Shown here: positions 1 through 10,282 of the stretch, piece after piece
Numbering within the stretch: the stretch's first letter is position 1
How the letters are laid out: every line of letters begins with the position of its first letter
From: Ginkgo biloba
Lineage: Eukaryota > Plantae > Ginkgophyta
DNA: 19,860 nucleotides
Direction: 5' to 3'
NCBI GenBank assembly: GCA_024626585.2
Contig: JANKJI020000002.1
Location: 6,218,803-6,238,662, forward strand
The notes under the pieces: generated by a model
Seen by the model: only the letters and a program-made list of their open reading frames with translations
Told to the model about the DNA's origin: nothing
The model's database searches: none
Position numbers and translations under genes: made by a program

Positions 1-880
1 GATGGGATTGTTAGTTATTGCTGTGCAAAAGTTGGTCAAACAATTTTGAACAAGTTCTAAAGTTTGGGAGTAAAAATTGTTGGATTCTATAGAGTTTGAT
101 CTTTTTAACATGTAGGAGTTTCAATTTGAAAACTGAATCTAGTGTTTGATGATTCTCAATTTTATACAAGTTTCAATTGGAAAATTGGATCTGCAATTCC
201 TTGTTCCACTTTTTGGGAGTTTTAGTTAAAAAATTGGGCATCCAATTTGTTGGGGCATTTTATTATACAAANNNNNNNNNNNNNNNNNNNNNNNNNNNNN
301 NNNNNNNNNNNNNNNNNNNNNNNNNNNNNNNNNNNNNNNNNNNNNNNNNNNNNNTCTTACATGTTGTTTGAAAGTAGACTGGGTTAAAGCTATTGGTCCC
401 CATGGCAAAAAGCAGGGACAAAATGAGTTGGAGGTAGTCATGTCTTATATGTGTTCATGTATGTCTTGTTGAATTTGATAGACTGCTTGGGACAATCATC
501 AATTTGAAGGTGGAAAGAAACCGCACATCCATAGCTCAAAATTTTGATGAACTCATCAGTTGAACTGGCCCTACAAAGTTTGTGTTTTCAAGGTGCTGGG
601 AGGTGTAGACTAAGGGTTTTAGGTCACATAATACAATCAGAATAGTCAAAGATTGAGAAAGGGTATTAAAAAACACTTTTATTGTCTTGTTTCTGTTTGA
701 CAATAAGGGATAACACTTTTATTTCTTCAATTCAGATAAGAAAAAATGACAATAAACGACTTACACTAGGCATAAGCAAACAGCCCAGACATTTTGAACA
801 AAACTATAATCTGGAATATGGTGTTTAATTGAAAGCCGCTGTTGCTCTCCAATATGAACGTCTAATAAAACAATAAAAAT

Positions 881-996
881 CATACTTTTACCAATATGCA
901 AATTCAAAAGTACCTCACAACCCCCAAATAACAATTAACTAGCAAAAACAAAGCATACTTTCACCTAGATGCAAATTCAAAATACCTCAGCACCCC
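881..996 (+). repeat. Short direct repeat (~43 bp, period 73) with a third partial copy at 1328-1343
   Basis: catacttttaccaatatgcaaattcaaaagtacctcacaacccc (881-924) vs catactttcacctagatgcaaattcaaaatacctcagcacccc (954-996); ctagatgcaaattcaa is identical at 965-980 and 1328-1343. Confidence 0.75.
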
Positions 997-2958
997 ATGT
1001 CCTCAAGGGAANNNNNNNNNNNNNNNNNNNNNNNNNNCAAAGCGAGTCAATATACATCACTGAAAAGAATGTGAAATATCCAAAAACATTTAGTACCAAA
1101 AAATAATAATGCATTAACGGAAATTTAGTCAGATCATCTGTATATCTCCACATTGAATGTATTTAAGATGCAGTTAATTTAGAAATTTTCTGGTGGCACT
1201 TAGTTGCCACAAGAACTAGTTTGGAACGAAATACCATGTTTGGATACAAGGATATTTTGGGCCTGAGAACACAATCTCAGCCAAGATGAACCCAATTTCG
1301 GCCTTGATGAACAACATGGAACATTAACTAGATGCAAATTCAATAAAAGCCTAAAAGCTCGTAATAACATTGTTCATGTCAAACATAGTATTCAAAAATT
1401 GGCTTCTCCCCTTCTAATCTGTATCTACTACAACCTTCAATTTCTTAAAGGCTACCCTTTATAAGCCTTGTCACAAAGGATTCAGTAAAATAGTCACTAC
1501 AGCTGACCAAACAACACTGTTCTCAGAGATTTGAACTTATATAGTACTCTTGAACAACAAGCAACTGATAAATAAGTGCATGCCCGCATAATTGATGAGG
1601 ACAGAGCTCAGAACCCTATCTCAAGCATGGAGGACTGAACTCAATATATTCCCTTAAAGTATATGCTGACCTCAATGTTGGGAGTAAGGTAGACCACCCA
1701 GGTATTTTAGTTCAGACAGCTAGATTCTAGAAAAATGACTAAACATGAAAGGTGAACGGATGATCTGAATGGCTGGAGCTGTTCTGAAAAACCAATTTGG
1801 TAGAACTGGCCTCACATTAAGGAGAGTCCATGAAGACCTGAGAATGTTATATTTGGATGCAGATGCAGCTACAATATCAAGAATAAGGCCAGGGAATATA
1901 TATTTTCTGCCTAAACTTCGGTAAGAAAAAAGAGCTTGGAAGATCAACTTATGATTTCAAACAATATGAAAAATTGTCTGAAAACCTGAAAGTCTCAGAA
2001 TGTTCTAAAATACCAAATCGGAAGAACTGTCATATAGAATCAATAGGCCTCTCCTTNNNNNNNNNNNNNNNNNNNNNNNNNNNNNNNNNNNNNNNNNNNN
2101 NNNNNNNNNNNNNNNNNNNNNNNNNNNNNNNNNNNNNNNNNNNNNNNNNNNNNNNNNNNNNNNNNNNNNNNNNNNNNNNNNNNNNNNNNNNNNNNNNNNN
2201 NNNNNNNNNNNNNNNNNNNNNNNNNNNNNNNNNNNNNNNNNNNNNNNNNNNNNNNNNNNNNNNNNNNNNNNNNNNNNNNNNNNNNNNNNNNNNNNNNNNN
2301 NNNNNNNNNNNNNNNNNNNNNNNNNNNNNNNNNNNNNNNNNNNNNNNNNNNNNNNNNNNNNNNNNNNNNNNNNNNNNNNNNNNNNNNNNNNNNNNNNNNN
2401 NNNNNNNNNNNNNNNNNNNNNNNNNNNNNNNNNNNNNNNNNNNNNNNNNNNNNNNNNNNNNNNNNNNNNNNNNNNNNNNNNNNNNNNNNNNNNNNNNNNN
2501 NNNNNNNNNNNNNNNNNNNNNNNNNNNNNNNNNNNNNNNNNNNNNNNNNNNNNNNNNNNNNNNNNNNNNNNNNNNNNNNNNNNNNNNNNNNNNNNNNNNN
2601 NNNNNNNNNNNNNNNNNNNNNNNNNNNNNNNNNNNNNNNNNNNNNNNNNNNNNNNNNNNNNNNNNNNNNNNNNNNNNNNNNNNNNNNNNNNNNNNNNNNN
2701 NNNNNNNNNNNNNNNNNNNNNNNNNNNNNNNNNNNNNNNNNNNNNNNNNNNNNNNNNNNNNNNNNNNNNNNNNNNNNNNNNNNNNNNNNNNNNNNNNNNN
2801 NNNNNNNNNNNNNNNNNNNNNNNNNNNNNNNNNNNNNNNNNNNNNNNNNNNNNNNNNNNNNNNNNNNNNNNNNNNNNNNNNNNNNNNNNNNNNNNNNNNN
2901 NNNNNNNNNNNNNNNNNNNNNNNNNNNNNNNNNNNNNNNNNNNNNNNNNNNNNNNNNN

Positions 2959-3575
2959 CACATCTTCTTGTAATTGACTAGAAGCTGGTCAGCCTCAGTT
3001 CCCATTGTCACATGCACTTTGTTTTGGTCTGTCCGTTTGGCCACCATAGTTTATCAGATTACATTGTTTCACATTGCATGTTTTTTGTACCTGGATTCAG
3101 TCTTATTCCTGCCAGTGAGATTAAATAGAGTAACCTGGTATTATTTTCCTTATGGCCAGAAAGTTGTATGGTACTATCTTGCATCCCAACCCTGTGCAAC
3201 AACTGGGTTTAGTANNNNNNNNNNGGGCTTGTGTTTCAAAAGTTTCAGTATGTGAGCTTAAGTGTTTATTTGTAATGGCCTGCAGGGAATATGCCTCAAC
3301 CCTGTTGTGTATTGTATGAGAGGTGGTGTTCTGTCAGAAGTGCAGCCTTGAAAATCCTGGCTGATCGTACATGACCACCATACTAGTGCCTCAATCTTTG
3401 ATGTCAAGGGTGCTTGGCAATGCCAGCCTTGCATCCTGGCTGTGTAAAGGCATCCTGGGCAGGGACAGACCCTCCAAGGAGGTCATCTACATTACCGTCC
3501 TCAGCTTTTTATTGAATTCTTGTAATGTTTTCTAATTAACAATTAATAACATCATCATTTTCAATGGGAAAAAAA
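2959..3575 (+). mobile_element. Possible 3' end/UTR of a LINE-like retroelement
   Basis: GT-rich non-coding stretch after a 902-N gap, ending in ttcttgtaatgttttctaattaacaattaataacatcatcattttcaatggg plus a short A-run (3569-3575). No ORF evidence; called on general appearance only. Confidence 0.25.
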
Positions 3576-4443
3576 CAGTTGCATGCTCTTCACTGATTTT
3601 AACTGCCATCTGTTGACATTGTTCCATCAAAGCCAGAAACCTGACAATCTACCAGAAGAAAAGCAGTCTCAAAGATATGCAGCTCGAAAGGATTAAGCAT
3701 CTATAGTTAAATCATAACCAGAACCCAATATCAAAGATACCACACTTGACTTGGGAAAGATAAGAACAAGGCAAAGCGGAGTGAATTTTTGTTTGTTAAT
3801 TCAAAAGTTGATAATGGACAGTAACGTCATTGACAACAAAATATCACAAGGATAGCTACATTCGACTGGATCTCAAAGTTTCCCAGATCAACAAAAACAA
3901 TTACCGAAGGTTGATTGTGAAAAACACCATACATGAATTACATTGACACAAAATTACCTTCGTGAAACATACAACTCCAATGTGTAGCCCAAGCCTATAC
4001 AAATTGTATAAAAGACAAACAGAAATAAATAGCCCATGTGTTACGTAGAATACTTGTAGCCACAAGATGACCAGACACTACTGGAGTAAATCTTAGAAAA
4101 GGGCTCCCACTTACTGATTATNNNNNNNNNNNNNNNNNNNNAAGGTTGCTCCAACATTTTTTCCATTAAGTGATGCAGCGTACAAATTCCATGAACTTAA
4201 TCAAAAGTAGGAAGCTACCGAGCCCCCACATTTTTAAGCAATTGCATGCAATACTTAAAAGAACAATGTGACAAATATGTCAACATTAAAATACCCAACA
4301 CTTGCAAAACTATAAAGTACTTAACTACAAAATCGCTGTAGATACAAGAGATTTAATTATTTCTGCTCAGCTTCATCTCCTGTACCAATAACATCAAAAA
4401 CCCAATGGAGATACATGGGCTTTTTAATTCATTTGGAAAATGC

Positions 4444-4635
4444 TCATTTCCCACCTAATGTGGGAAACTGCCCTGGGTCCTCAATGCGAGGTGCCACAGG
4501 TTGGCGAGAATTACCACCATCAAAACCACCTCTGAAACCTCCACGATCACCACGACCACGACCCCGGCCTCTCCCACCAGGAGCATAGAACTTTTCCCCT
4601 TCAGCAGGCTTTAGAAACTCATTGATGCTCATAGA
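4444..4635 (-). CDS. RGGA: RGGA coding exon 7 (SMSINEFLKPAEGE...RGG...FPTLGGK*)
   Basis: Acceptor TGTAAAAG| at 4636 with a CTAAC branch-like site at 4662-4658; stop TGA at 4446-4444; matches ORF 4444..4632. Confidence 0.93.
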   Translation of the reverse strand, partial: SMSINEFLKPAEGEKFYAPGGRGRGRGRGDRGGFRGGFDGGNSRQPVAPRIEDPGQFPTLGGK

Positions 4636-7600
4636 CTTTTACATAAACATATTAACTGTTAGACAGAATACACCACAAATGAATTAGAAACAGACAACAT
4701 GCTAAGGAGCATTTCCTCACCTTTCTGATCCTTTCCTCCCTTTCAGCTATCTCTCTTCTCCTAGCCATTTCCTTCTCAGAACCCTGAAAAATTTAGCAGA
4801 AACTATTATATAGCATAGAACACAACGTAAGTCCCAAACATGTCACAAAGCCACTTACTTGATGACAGCAAAAGGTTACAGATTCTAAATAAGGAAATCA
4901 CAATCATTAACTTTCGCAAAGGTCAAACTTACCAGTTTAATAAACACGTCATCATTATTCTTCTTAACTGTAAGTTGTTGCATAGACTCGAATTCTTTGT
5001 CCAGATCAACCTTCCTTTCTTCAAGTTTCATAGCCATAAGAGCCTTTCTCTTCTCCTCCAATACTTTCTCATATTCATCGAGAGTCATCTCCTATTACAC
5101 AAAAATATCGTTGGATTACATAAAGATCATTGACATCTCAATCAACAAACAGGCCAAACCTTNNNNNNNNNNNNNNNNNNNNNNNNNNNNNNNNNNNNNN
5201 NNNNNNNNNNNNNNNNNNNNNNNNNNNNNNNNNNNNNNNNNNNNNNNNNNNNNNNNNNNNNNCATGACCAAATTGGAATCCTAGTAGTGCGATAGAGCCA
5301 CATTGAACCATTTTCATTCATGGGCATATGGAGAATATCCAAAGGAGAGAGTAGAACCAATAGATGTAGTCGGTCAAGTCATCCCATAAGATCATATCCT
5401 AAATAATGTGGGGATATCGCAAATTGTAGAGAATCCTTATTATGGGGAGCTATCCAAATATATTAGGTTTTTATTTGAAAGGTACCATAATGAAAAAATT
5501 TAGATAGATGACTATGTACTCTTGGGTATGGATTAGATAGAACTGCTAACCAAGTTAGCATAAGAAATAAAGAGGGATATCAAGAATGTGATGGGAGCCA
5601 CAAAGAAAATAGTGGACGACAAAATTAGAGCAAATTTTAGGGATGGCGACATACTCATAATCATCTCTAGGGGAATCATCATCAACAAAATAATTAATCT
5701 AGCAAGGAGGTGGGCCGTAAAAGTGTTTAACACGTGGTTCTACAATTCTAGTAGAATAACTAACATCCCTGAGGGTTGGTTTTGGATGATAAAAATCATA
5801 GTCAATTAAGGTATCCATTTCCCATGGGTCAAGTATGCCAAGGAGTAGTTGAATGATGATAGTAAGAACACATTCCATAAAGGTATGCCCTTTCGAATGA
5901 CCAACTTACTTGGTTATATTAAAATATCCGCACTTGGTTCTATGGATAAAATCCCTATAGAATGTTCATTCTGGAAATACGATAAATGACAACCCCAAGA
6001 AGTTAAAGATCAATATTCCATAATGATGATCGACTCACAGGATAGGATGTTCTCTAAGGCATTTACAACAATGAGGGTGCTTAGGGGATTCAATACATAG
6101 TATTGTCGAGGAGACATCCTCCCCATTCAATTATTGTTAGAGGTTGACAGTACCAAGATCAAATGCATGGGGTTCAAGTAGAATATTTGCCCATTGCCCT
6201 ATATAACCACTGAGACTTCTTGAAAGAAGAATATCACCAACAAACAGGCCAAACCTTGCACCAGTAGGAGGTATGTGATATGCATCTCAATCAAAAAAAC
6301 AGGCTAAACCTTGCAGCCACCATTTTAGGAAGAATTTTTACCCTAAACCTACCTCGTGACATATATCTCGCCAAAAGAAGATTTGGGCTGGGGATGATGC
6401 ATACAATCAGTCTAAAACAAGAACAGAAACTTTCAGATCTTTATTAATTGAAGGATGTTGGACTCAACTCATAAACTGAAATGTGCGCTTCTCTTCCAAA
6501 GGTGTAATGCTTGAACTGATAACCGGAACTAATTATTTGAAACCCTTTTTAATGAGAACTTTCATTTACATTATTAACCTCAGGCAGCCCTCAACCACAC
6601 TCTCCGTAGCATTCAAGGCAAGTGTTCCTTGTTGCCAAGTAACAGCCAAGAAAGTGAGGTGTTATAACTTATAAGAGAGAAAACAAAAAAGAGGGTTTAC
6701 CTTGTCCTCTTCCTCTTCTTTCTTCTCTTCAGATTCCACGACAGGAGTTTCTTGATTAACCTCTTGGTTATTTTCATGTTCTGCCTGTTTCTCCTGAACT
6801 AAACTCTTGTCTTCCTCAGCATGACCTAGTTCCTCAGTTTCCCTAAAGCCAAAAACAAAACAACTCATACTTACGAAATAAACAAAACAGAAATGTAAAT
6901 ATCATTCGGTGTGGGGGGAACGCACTCAATAAAATGGACAAACAAAATGACAAGATAAACTTTATTACAGAAAAAAAAAAAAAAAAAGACTCACTGTATA
7001 AATCCATGATCAGATTGAGTGCCCCAGTTTCCTCGACCTGCACCTTCTCGTTTCATTTCATAGCTGCAAGGAAATTTAATCATGGATCATTTTTTACCAA
7101 ACAATTAAGGAGATATGATATCATAAGAAAAGATGAAATTGCACATTTGACAATGCATAAAACAAACAGAATGAATTACCCGCGACCAGTGCCACTCCGA
7201 CGCTCATATTGCCTCCGAGGCCTACCATTTTCATCGCCTGCTTCATTTCCATATCCTCCACGGCCACCATATCCCCGAGTGCCTCGACCACCACCACCGC
7301 GTCCTCCATATCCACCGCGTCCTCTTTCAGAGGACCGACCAAGTTCTCCATCTTCTTGGCGTGCATAACCATCTTCAGCACCTTGGTAGAAACTGCTACC
7401 CCCACGACCACCACTCAAGTAACCGTTGTTATTGCTATTATCATTATTATTATTATCACGATTGAAGTTCCGCTCAGCATTGTAGCTACCACGGCCACGA
7501 TTGCTATAGCCACCATCCTGATAACTACGGCCTCCGCCTCGCCCACCCCGCCCTCCTCTACTGCCTCCTCCATTCTTTGCTTCTCTCACTGTAAATATAG

Positions 7601-10235
7601 GACAGAAAAATAAATGACCTCACTAAAACTATACTTCTATCCCCTGTTCCCAAATTCAAATGGGTAATCTCAGGGCTTTGCAAGAAGGTATGAACACCTA
7701 ATATTTGAAAGGCCAAACATTTTCATAAACACAAAGCACAGGTAAATCAAGATGAGTCCACTTATGGATTTTCAATAAATTGATAACTCTGTAGTCGCAA
7801 AGCAAAGATCTTGCAAATACAAATTGTAACCAAATCTGGATTGCTGAAGTTACAGATTTTCAAATACTTGAATGAACCAATGCTCAAAATGATCCCAGAT
7901 GGAAACACTCAATGCTGTTCAAAAGACTTCTACAACTCCACACTCAATATTCATAAACTTGCACATACAATGCAGTACCAAACCTGGATTGCTAAACTCA
8001 TTGATTTTTCAGAATCTTTTGACAACCCAATACCCAAAATGTGAAAGCCTAAAAAAAGAATCCAGATGCATGCACTGAATGTTTTTTCAAGACCATAATA
8101 GCCACATAGACATCACACTTAAACCTTTCCAAATGCAACATGCAAAACCAATTCTGGAATGCTAAAGCTGTCAAAAAACTCTACAGCCCAGTATTCAAAA
8201 TGCAAAAAAAAATACAAAGACAAGGTGAAATTCCAGATGGCACCCTAAGTGGTTTTCAAGAGACCTTACCAGCCTTATAATCATATGCAAAAGCTTTGCA
8301 AATAAAATGGCCATTCAAAATGGATTTTGACATGCAATTAAGAATTTAATACACAGCCTTGCTACTCACACATCTATATATTTTTGTTGGGCAAACAAAC
8401 AAGATGCAGTTTCCTGCTCCAACAGCCCCTATGGCCTGCTTTTTATCTAGCAAATTATAGTTTGTTAATAATAAATACTATTTTCCTCATTTTCAAAACA
8501 AGCACACAGCATTGGTTGGTCACTTCATTGGCTGTATTGGGGTCACAGGTTCACAGCATGAGCAGTTGGGTTTGTGTTGCTCACTTTTGCACATGGCCAT
8601 TATAAAGTATCTTCTAATTTTATATCGCCCTACAAGCTCAATAGATGTATGAGAGGTGAGGAGTACATAGGTTGGTTTAAACTTCAATAACAACATAGAT
8701 TGGTCACATACATCAACTCTTACATAGAGACAATAATTTTTAACTAGAGAAACCCTCTTAAGGAATAAAACTCCAAAATGGTATTAAGTCATTCAATAAG
8801 ATTTTACATTCACTATGCCTTCATNNNNNNNNNNNNNNNNNNNNNNNNNNNNNNNNNNNNNNNNNNNNNNNNNNNNNNNNNNNNNNNNNNNNNNNNNNNN
8901 NNNNNNNNNNNNNNNNNNNNNNNNNNNNNNNNNNNNNNNNNNNNNNNNNNNNNNNNNNNNNNNNNNNNNNNNNNNNNNNNNNNNNNNNNNNNNNNNNNNN
9001 NNNNNNNNNNNNNNNNNNNNNNNNNNNNNNNNNNNNNNNNNNNNNNNNNNNNNNNNNNNNNNNNNNNNNNNNNNNNNNNNNNNNNNNNNNNNNNNNNNNN
9101 NNNNNNNNNNNNNNNNNNNNNNNNNNNNNNNNNNNNNNNNNNNNNNNNNNNNNNNNNNNNNNNNNNNNNNNNNNNNNNNNNNNNNNNNNNNNNNNNNNNN
9201 NNNNNNNNNNNNNNNNNNNNNNNNNNNNNNNNNNNNNNNNNNNNNNNNNNNNNNNNNNNNNNNNNNNNNNNNNNNNNNNNNNNNNNNNNNNNNNNNNNNN
9301 NNNNNNNNNNNNNNNNNNNNNNNNNNNNNNNNNNNNNNNNNNNNNNNNNNNNNNNNNNNNNNNNNNNNNNNNNNNNNNNNNNNNNNNNNNNNNNNNNNNN
9401 NNNNNNNNNNNNNNNNNNNNNNNNNNNNNNNNNNNNNNNNNNNNNNNNNNNNNNNNNNNNNNNNNNNNNNNNACATTACAACCTTTGTCACATTTATCCT
9501 TTCCATACATTTCTGGTCACATTGTCTCATTACAAAAAATACATCAAGGGAAATAATAGTTCTGGTCTTGAAAAACATGCTATGCTTGGGTCTTCACCAA
9601 CCTTCTTCTTCATCTCTAGAGGTGTATTCAATCATTATGTAGTTGTGTCCTTCGTCATCGATCTATTACTTTCTTTTTTCATTGAAGTCTTTCTCTGCTT
9701 CATCTTTTGCTTCACTTAGGTAGCGTTCTTCAAACATGGTGAGATTCCTTACAATAATTTATTTTACTTGTCCCTAACATTTGCAAACCACAAAAAACTT
9801 GTGGGTTTTCAAGTAACTTTCCTAGCACAATACCCAAAATGCGAAAACATTCACAAATACAAAATCCAACAAGGTTACAGCAAGCGACCAATAAAATGAA
9901 TCCCTACGAGAAAGCTCGTGAGATTAGAGGAAATTGTGAAAACCCAGAGCATAGATACTCTAGTAAAAACAAGGCATATGAGCTTACAAAGAACAACTAT
10001 AATCTACGAAAAAAAATAAAACGAAATTATTTGGATCCACCAAGGTCAATTCGTTCTATCAATACTAACCGGCTTGAGCTGGGGGAAGCGGCTTGGAGGG
10101 CAGCTTAGCCGGCACTGTGTGAGCAGAAGGCGGGGTCTTCTTGGCCGCCGTCTTTTCCTGTGAAACGAAGTCAAGCTGCGTGGGATCTCCATTGTCATCG
10201 TCCCCGAGCAGATCGAATGGATTCATGGTCGCCAT
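4444..10235 (-). CDS. RGGA: RGG repeats nuclear RNA-binding protein (RGGA-like; hyaluronan/mRNA-binding family, SERBP1/Stm1 homologue); 7 coding exons, 399 aa
   Basis: Spliced by hand: 166+409+69+142+159+63+192 = 1200 nt, open from ATG (10235) to TGA (4446-4444), six GT-AG introns with matching phases. Family motifs: N-terminal MATMNPFDLLGDDD (Stm1_N-like), KLPSKPLPPAQAVREAK, RGG boxes, PRRQYERRSGTGRG-YEMKREGAGRGNWG, EMTLDEYEK, KSMSINEFLKPAEGE, C-terminal APRIEDPGQFPTLGGK. Confidence 0.95.
4721..4783 (-). CDS. RGGA: RGGA coding exon 6 (GSEKEMARRREIAEREERIRK)
   Basis: Acceptor TTTTCAG| at 4784; donor AAG|GTGAGG at 4720; 63 nt, phase 0 at both ends. Confidence 0.92.
4933..5091 (-). CDS. RGGA: RGGA coding exon 5 (EMTLDEYEKVLEEKRKAL...VFIKL)
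   Basis: Acceptor AATAG| at 5092; donor CTG|GTAAGT at 4932; 159 nt; conserved EMTL(D/E)EYEK motif. Confidence 0.95.
5134..6315 (+). repeat. Three copies of a ~20-33 bp direct repeat (5134-5162, 6238-6260, 6283-6315) flanking the intron-4 insert
   Basis: caacaaacaggccaaacctt is identical at 5143-5162 and 6238-6257; catctcaatcaaaaaaacaggctaaaccttgca at 6283-6315 is a variant of copy 1. Confidence 0.85.
5263..6230 (+). mobile_element. Decayed retroelement-derived accessory ORF fragment in RGGA intron 4, antisense to the gene
   Basis: One + frame from ~5402 to ~5990 reads as protein interrupted by stops (…GIIINKIINLARRWAVKVFNTWFYNSSRITNIPEGWFWMIKIIVN*GIHFPW…GMPFRMTNLL). It aligns with the decayed ORF at 19075-19470 inside the gypsy element. 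Confidence 0.65.
6701..6842 (-). CDS. RGGA: RGGA coding exon 4 (acidic linker ETEELGH...EEEEDK)
   Basis: Acceptor CTTTAG| at 6843; donor AAG|GTAAAC at 6700; 142 nt, phase-consistent; lies within ORF 6662..6868. Confidence 0.92.
6995..7063 (-). CDS. RGGA: RGGA coding exon 3 (YEMKREGAGRGNWGTQSDHGFI)
   Basis: Acceptor TTGCAG| at 7064; donor CA|GTGAGT at 6994; 69 nt carrying the conserved KREGAGRGNWG motif of the HABP4/PAI-RBP1 domain. Confidence 0.93.
7180..7588 (-). CDS. RGGA: RGGA coding exon 2 (RGG-rich, poly-Asn tract, RRQYERRSGTGRG)
   Basis: Acceptor TTTACAG| at 7589; G+TG gives the V of AVREAK; donor GG|GTAATT at 7179; matches ORF 7176..7589. Confidence 0.95.
7790..8340. repeat. Diverged tandem repeat with ~150-170 bp unit in RGGA intron 1
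   Basis: ccagatg at 7895/8062/8233 (spacing 167, 171); ctgga(t/a)tgct at 7836/7984/8154; the motifs between these anchors recur in the same order. Confidence 0.6.
10070..10235 (-). CDS. RGGA: RGGA coding exon 1 (MATMNPFDLLGDDDNGDPTQLDFVSQEKTAAKKTPPSAHTVPAKLPSKPLPPAQA)
   Basis: ATG at 10235 in context AAAGCAATGGCG; donor G|GTTAGT at 10069; 166 nt, phase 1. Not listed in the ORF track. Confidence 0.93.
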
Positions 10236-10282
10236 TGCTTTTTTATATTCTGCTTCTTATGGAACAACCCAATCCTTTTATT

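Noticed and set aside
1188-1215. Small hairpin ttctggtggca-cttagt-tgccacaagaa
   Set aside because: An 11-bp imperfect stem is expected by chance in 20 kb; no miRNA-length stem or other context.
1560-2056. Coding-looking stretch (…AGAVLKNQFGRTGLTLRRVHEDLRMLYLD…)
   Set aside because: Interrupted by stops, and I recognise no family motif. It could be a decayed TE or pseudogene; BLASTX would decide.
1974-3047. Long ORFs 1974..2981, 2005..2961 and 2040..3047
   Set aside because: They are artefacts of reading through the N gap at 2057-2958.
5134-6315. CRISPR-like reading of the ~30-bp direct repeats
   Set aside because: Eukaryotic intron, only three irregularly spaced copies, and no cas genes.
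6971-6987. A17 run as a retroposon tail
   Set aside because: It is a U-rich tract just after the intron 3 donor on the gene strand; no associated element or TSD.
6934-7613. + strand ORFs 6934..7368 and 7209..7613, and alternative-frame ORF 7121..7414
   Set aside because: Shadow frames of the GC-rich, low-complexity RGG exon 2.
8778-9719. Long ORFs spanning 8778-9719
   Set aside because: They consist almost entirely of the N gap at 8825-9472; the flanks have no protein motif.
4636-10069. Intronic snoRNAs in RGGA introns
   Set aside because: No convincing sense-strand box C (RUGAUGA) / box D (CUGA) pair with a terminal stem was seen by eye. An Infernal/snoscan run would be definitive.
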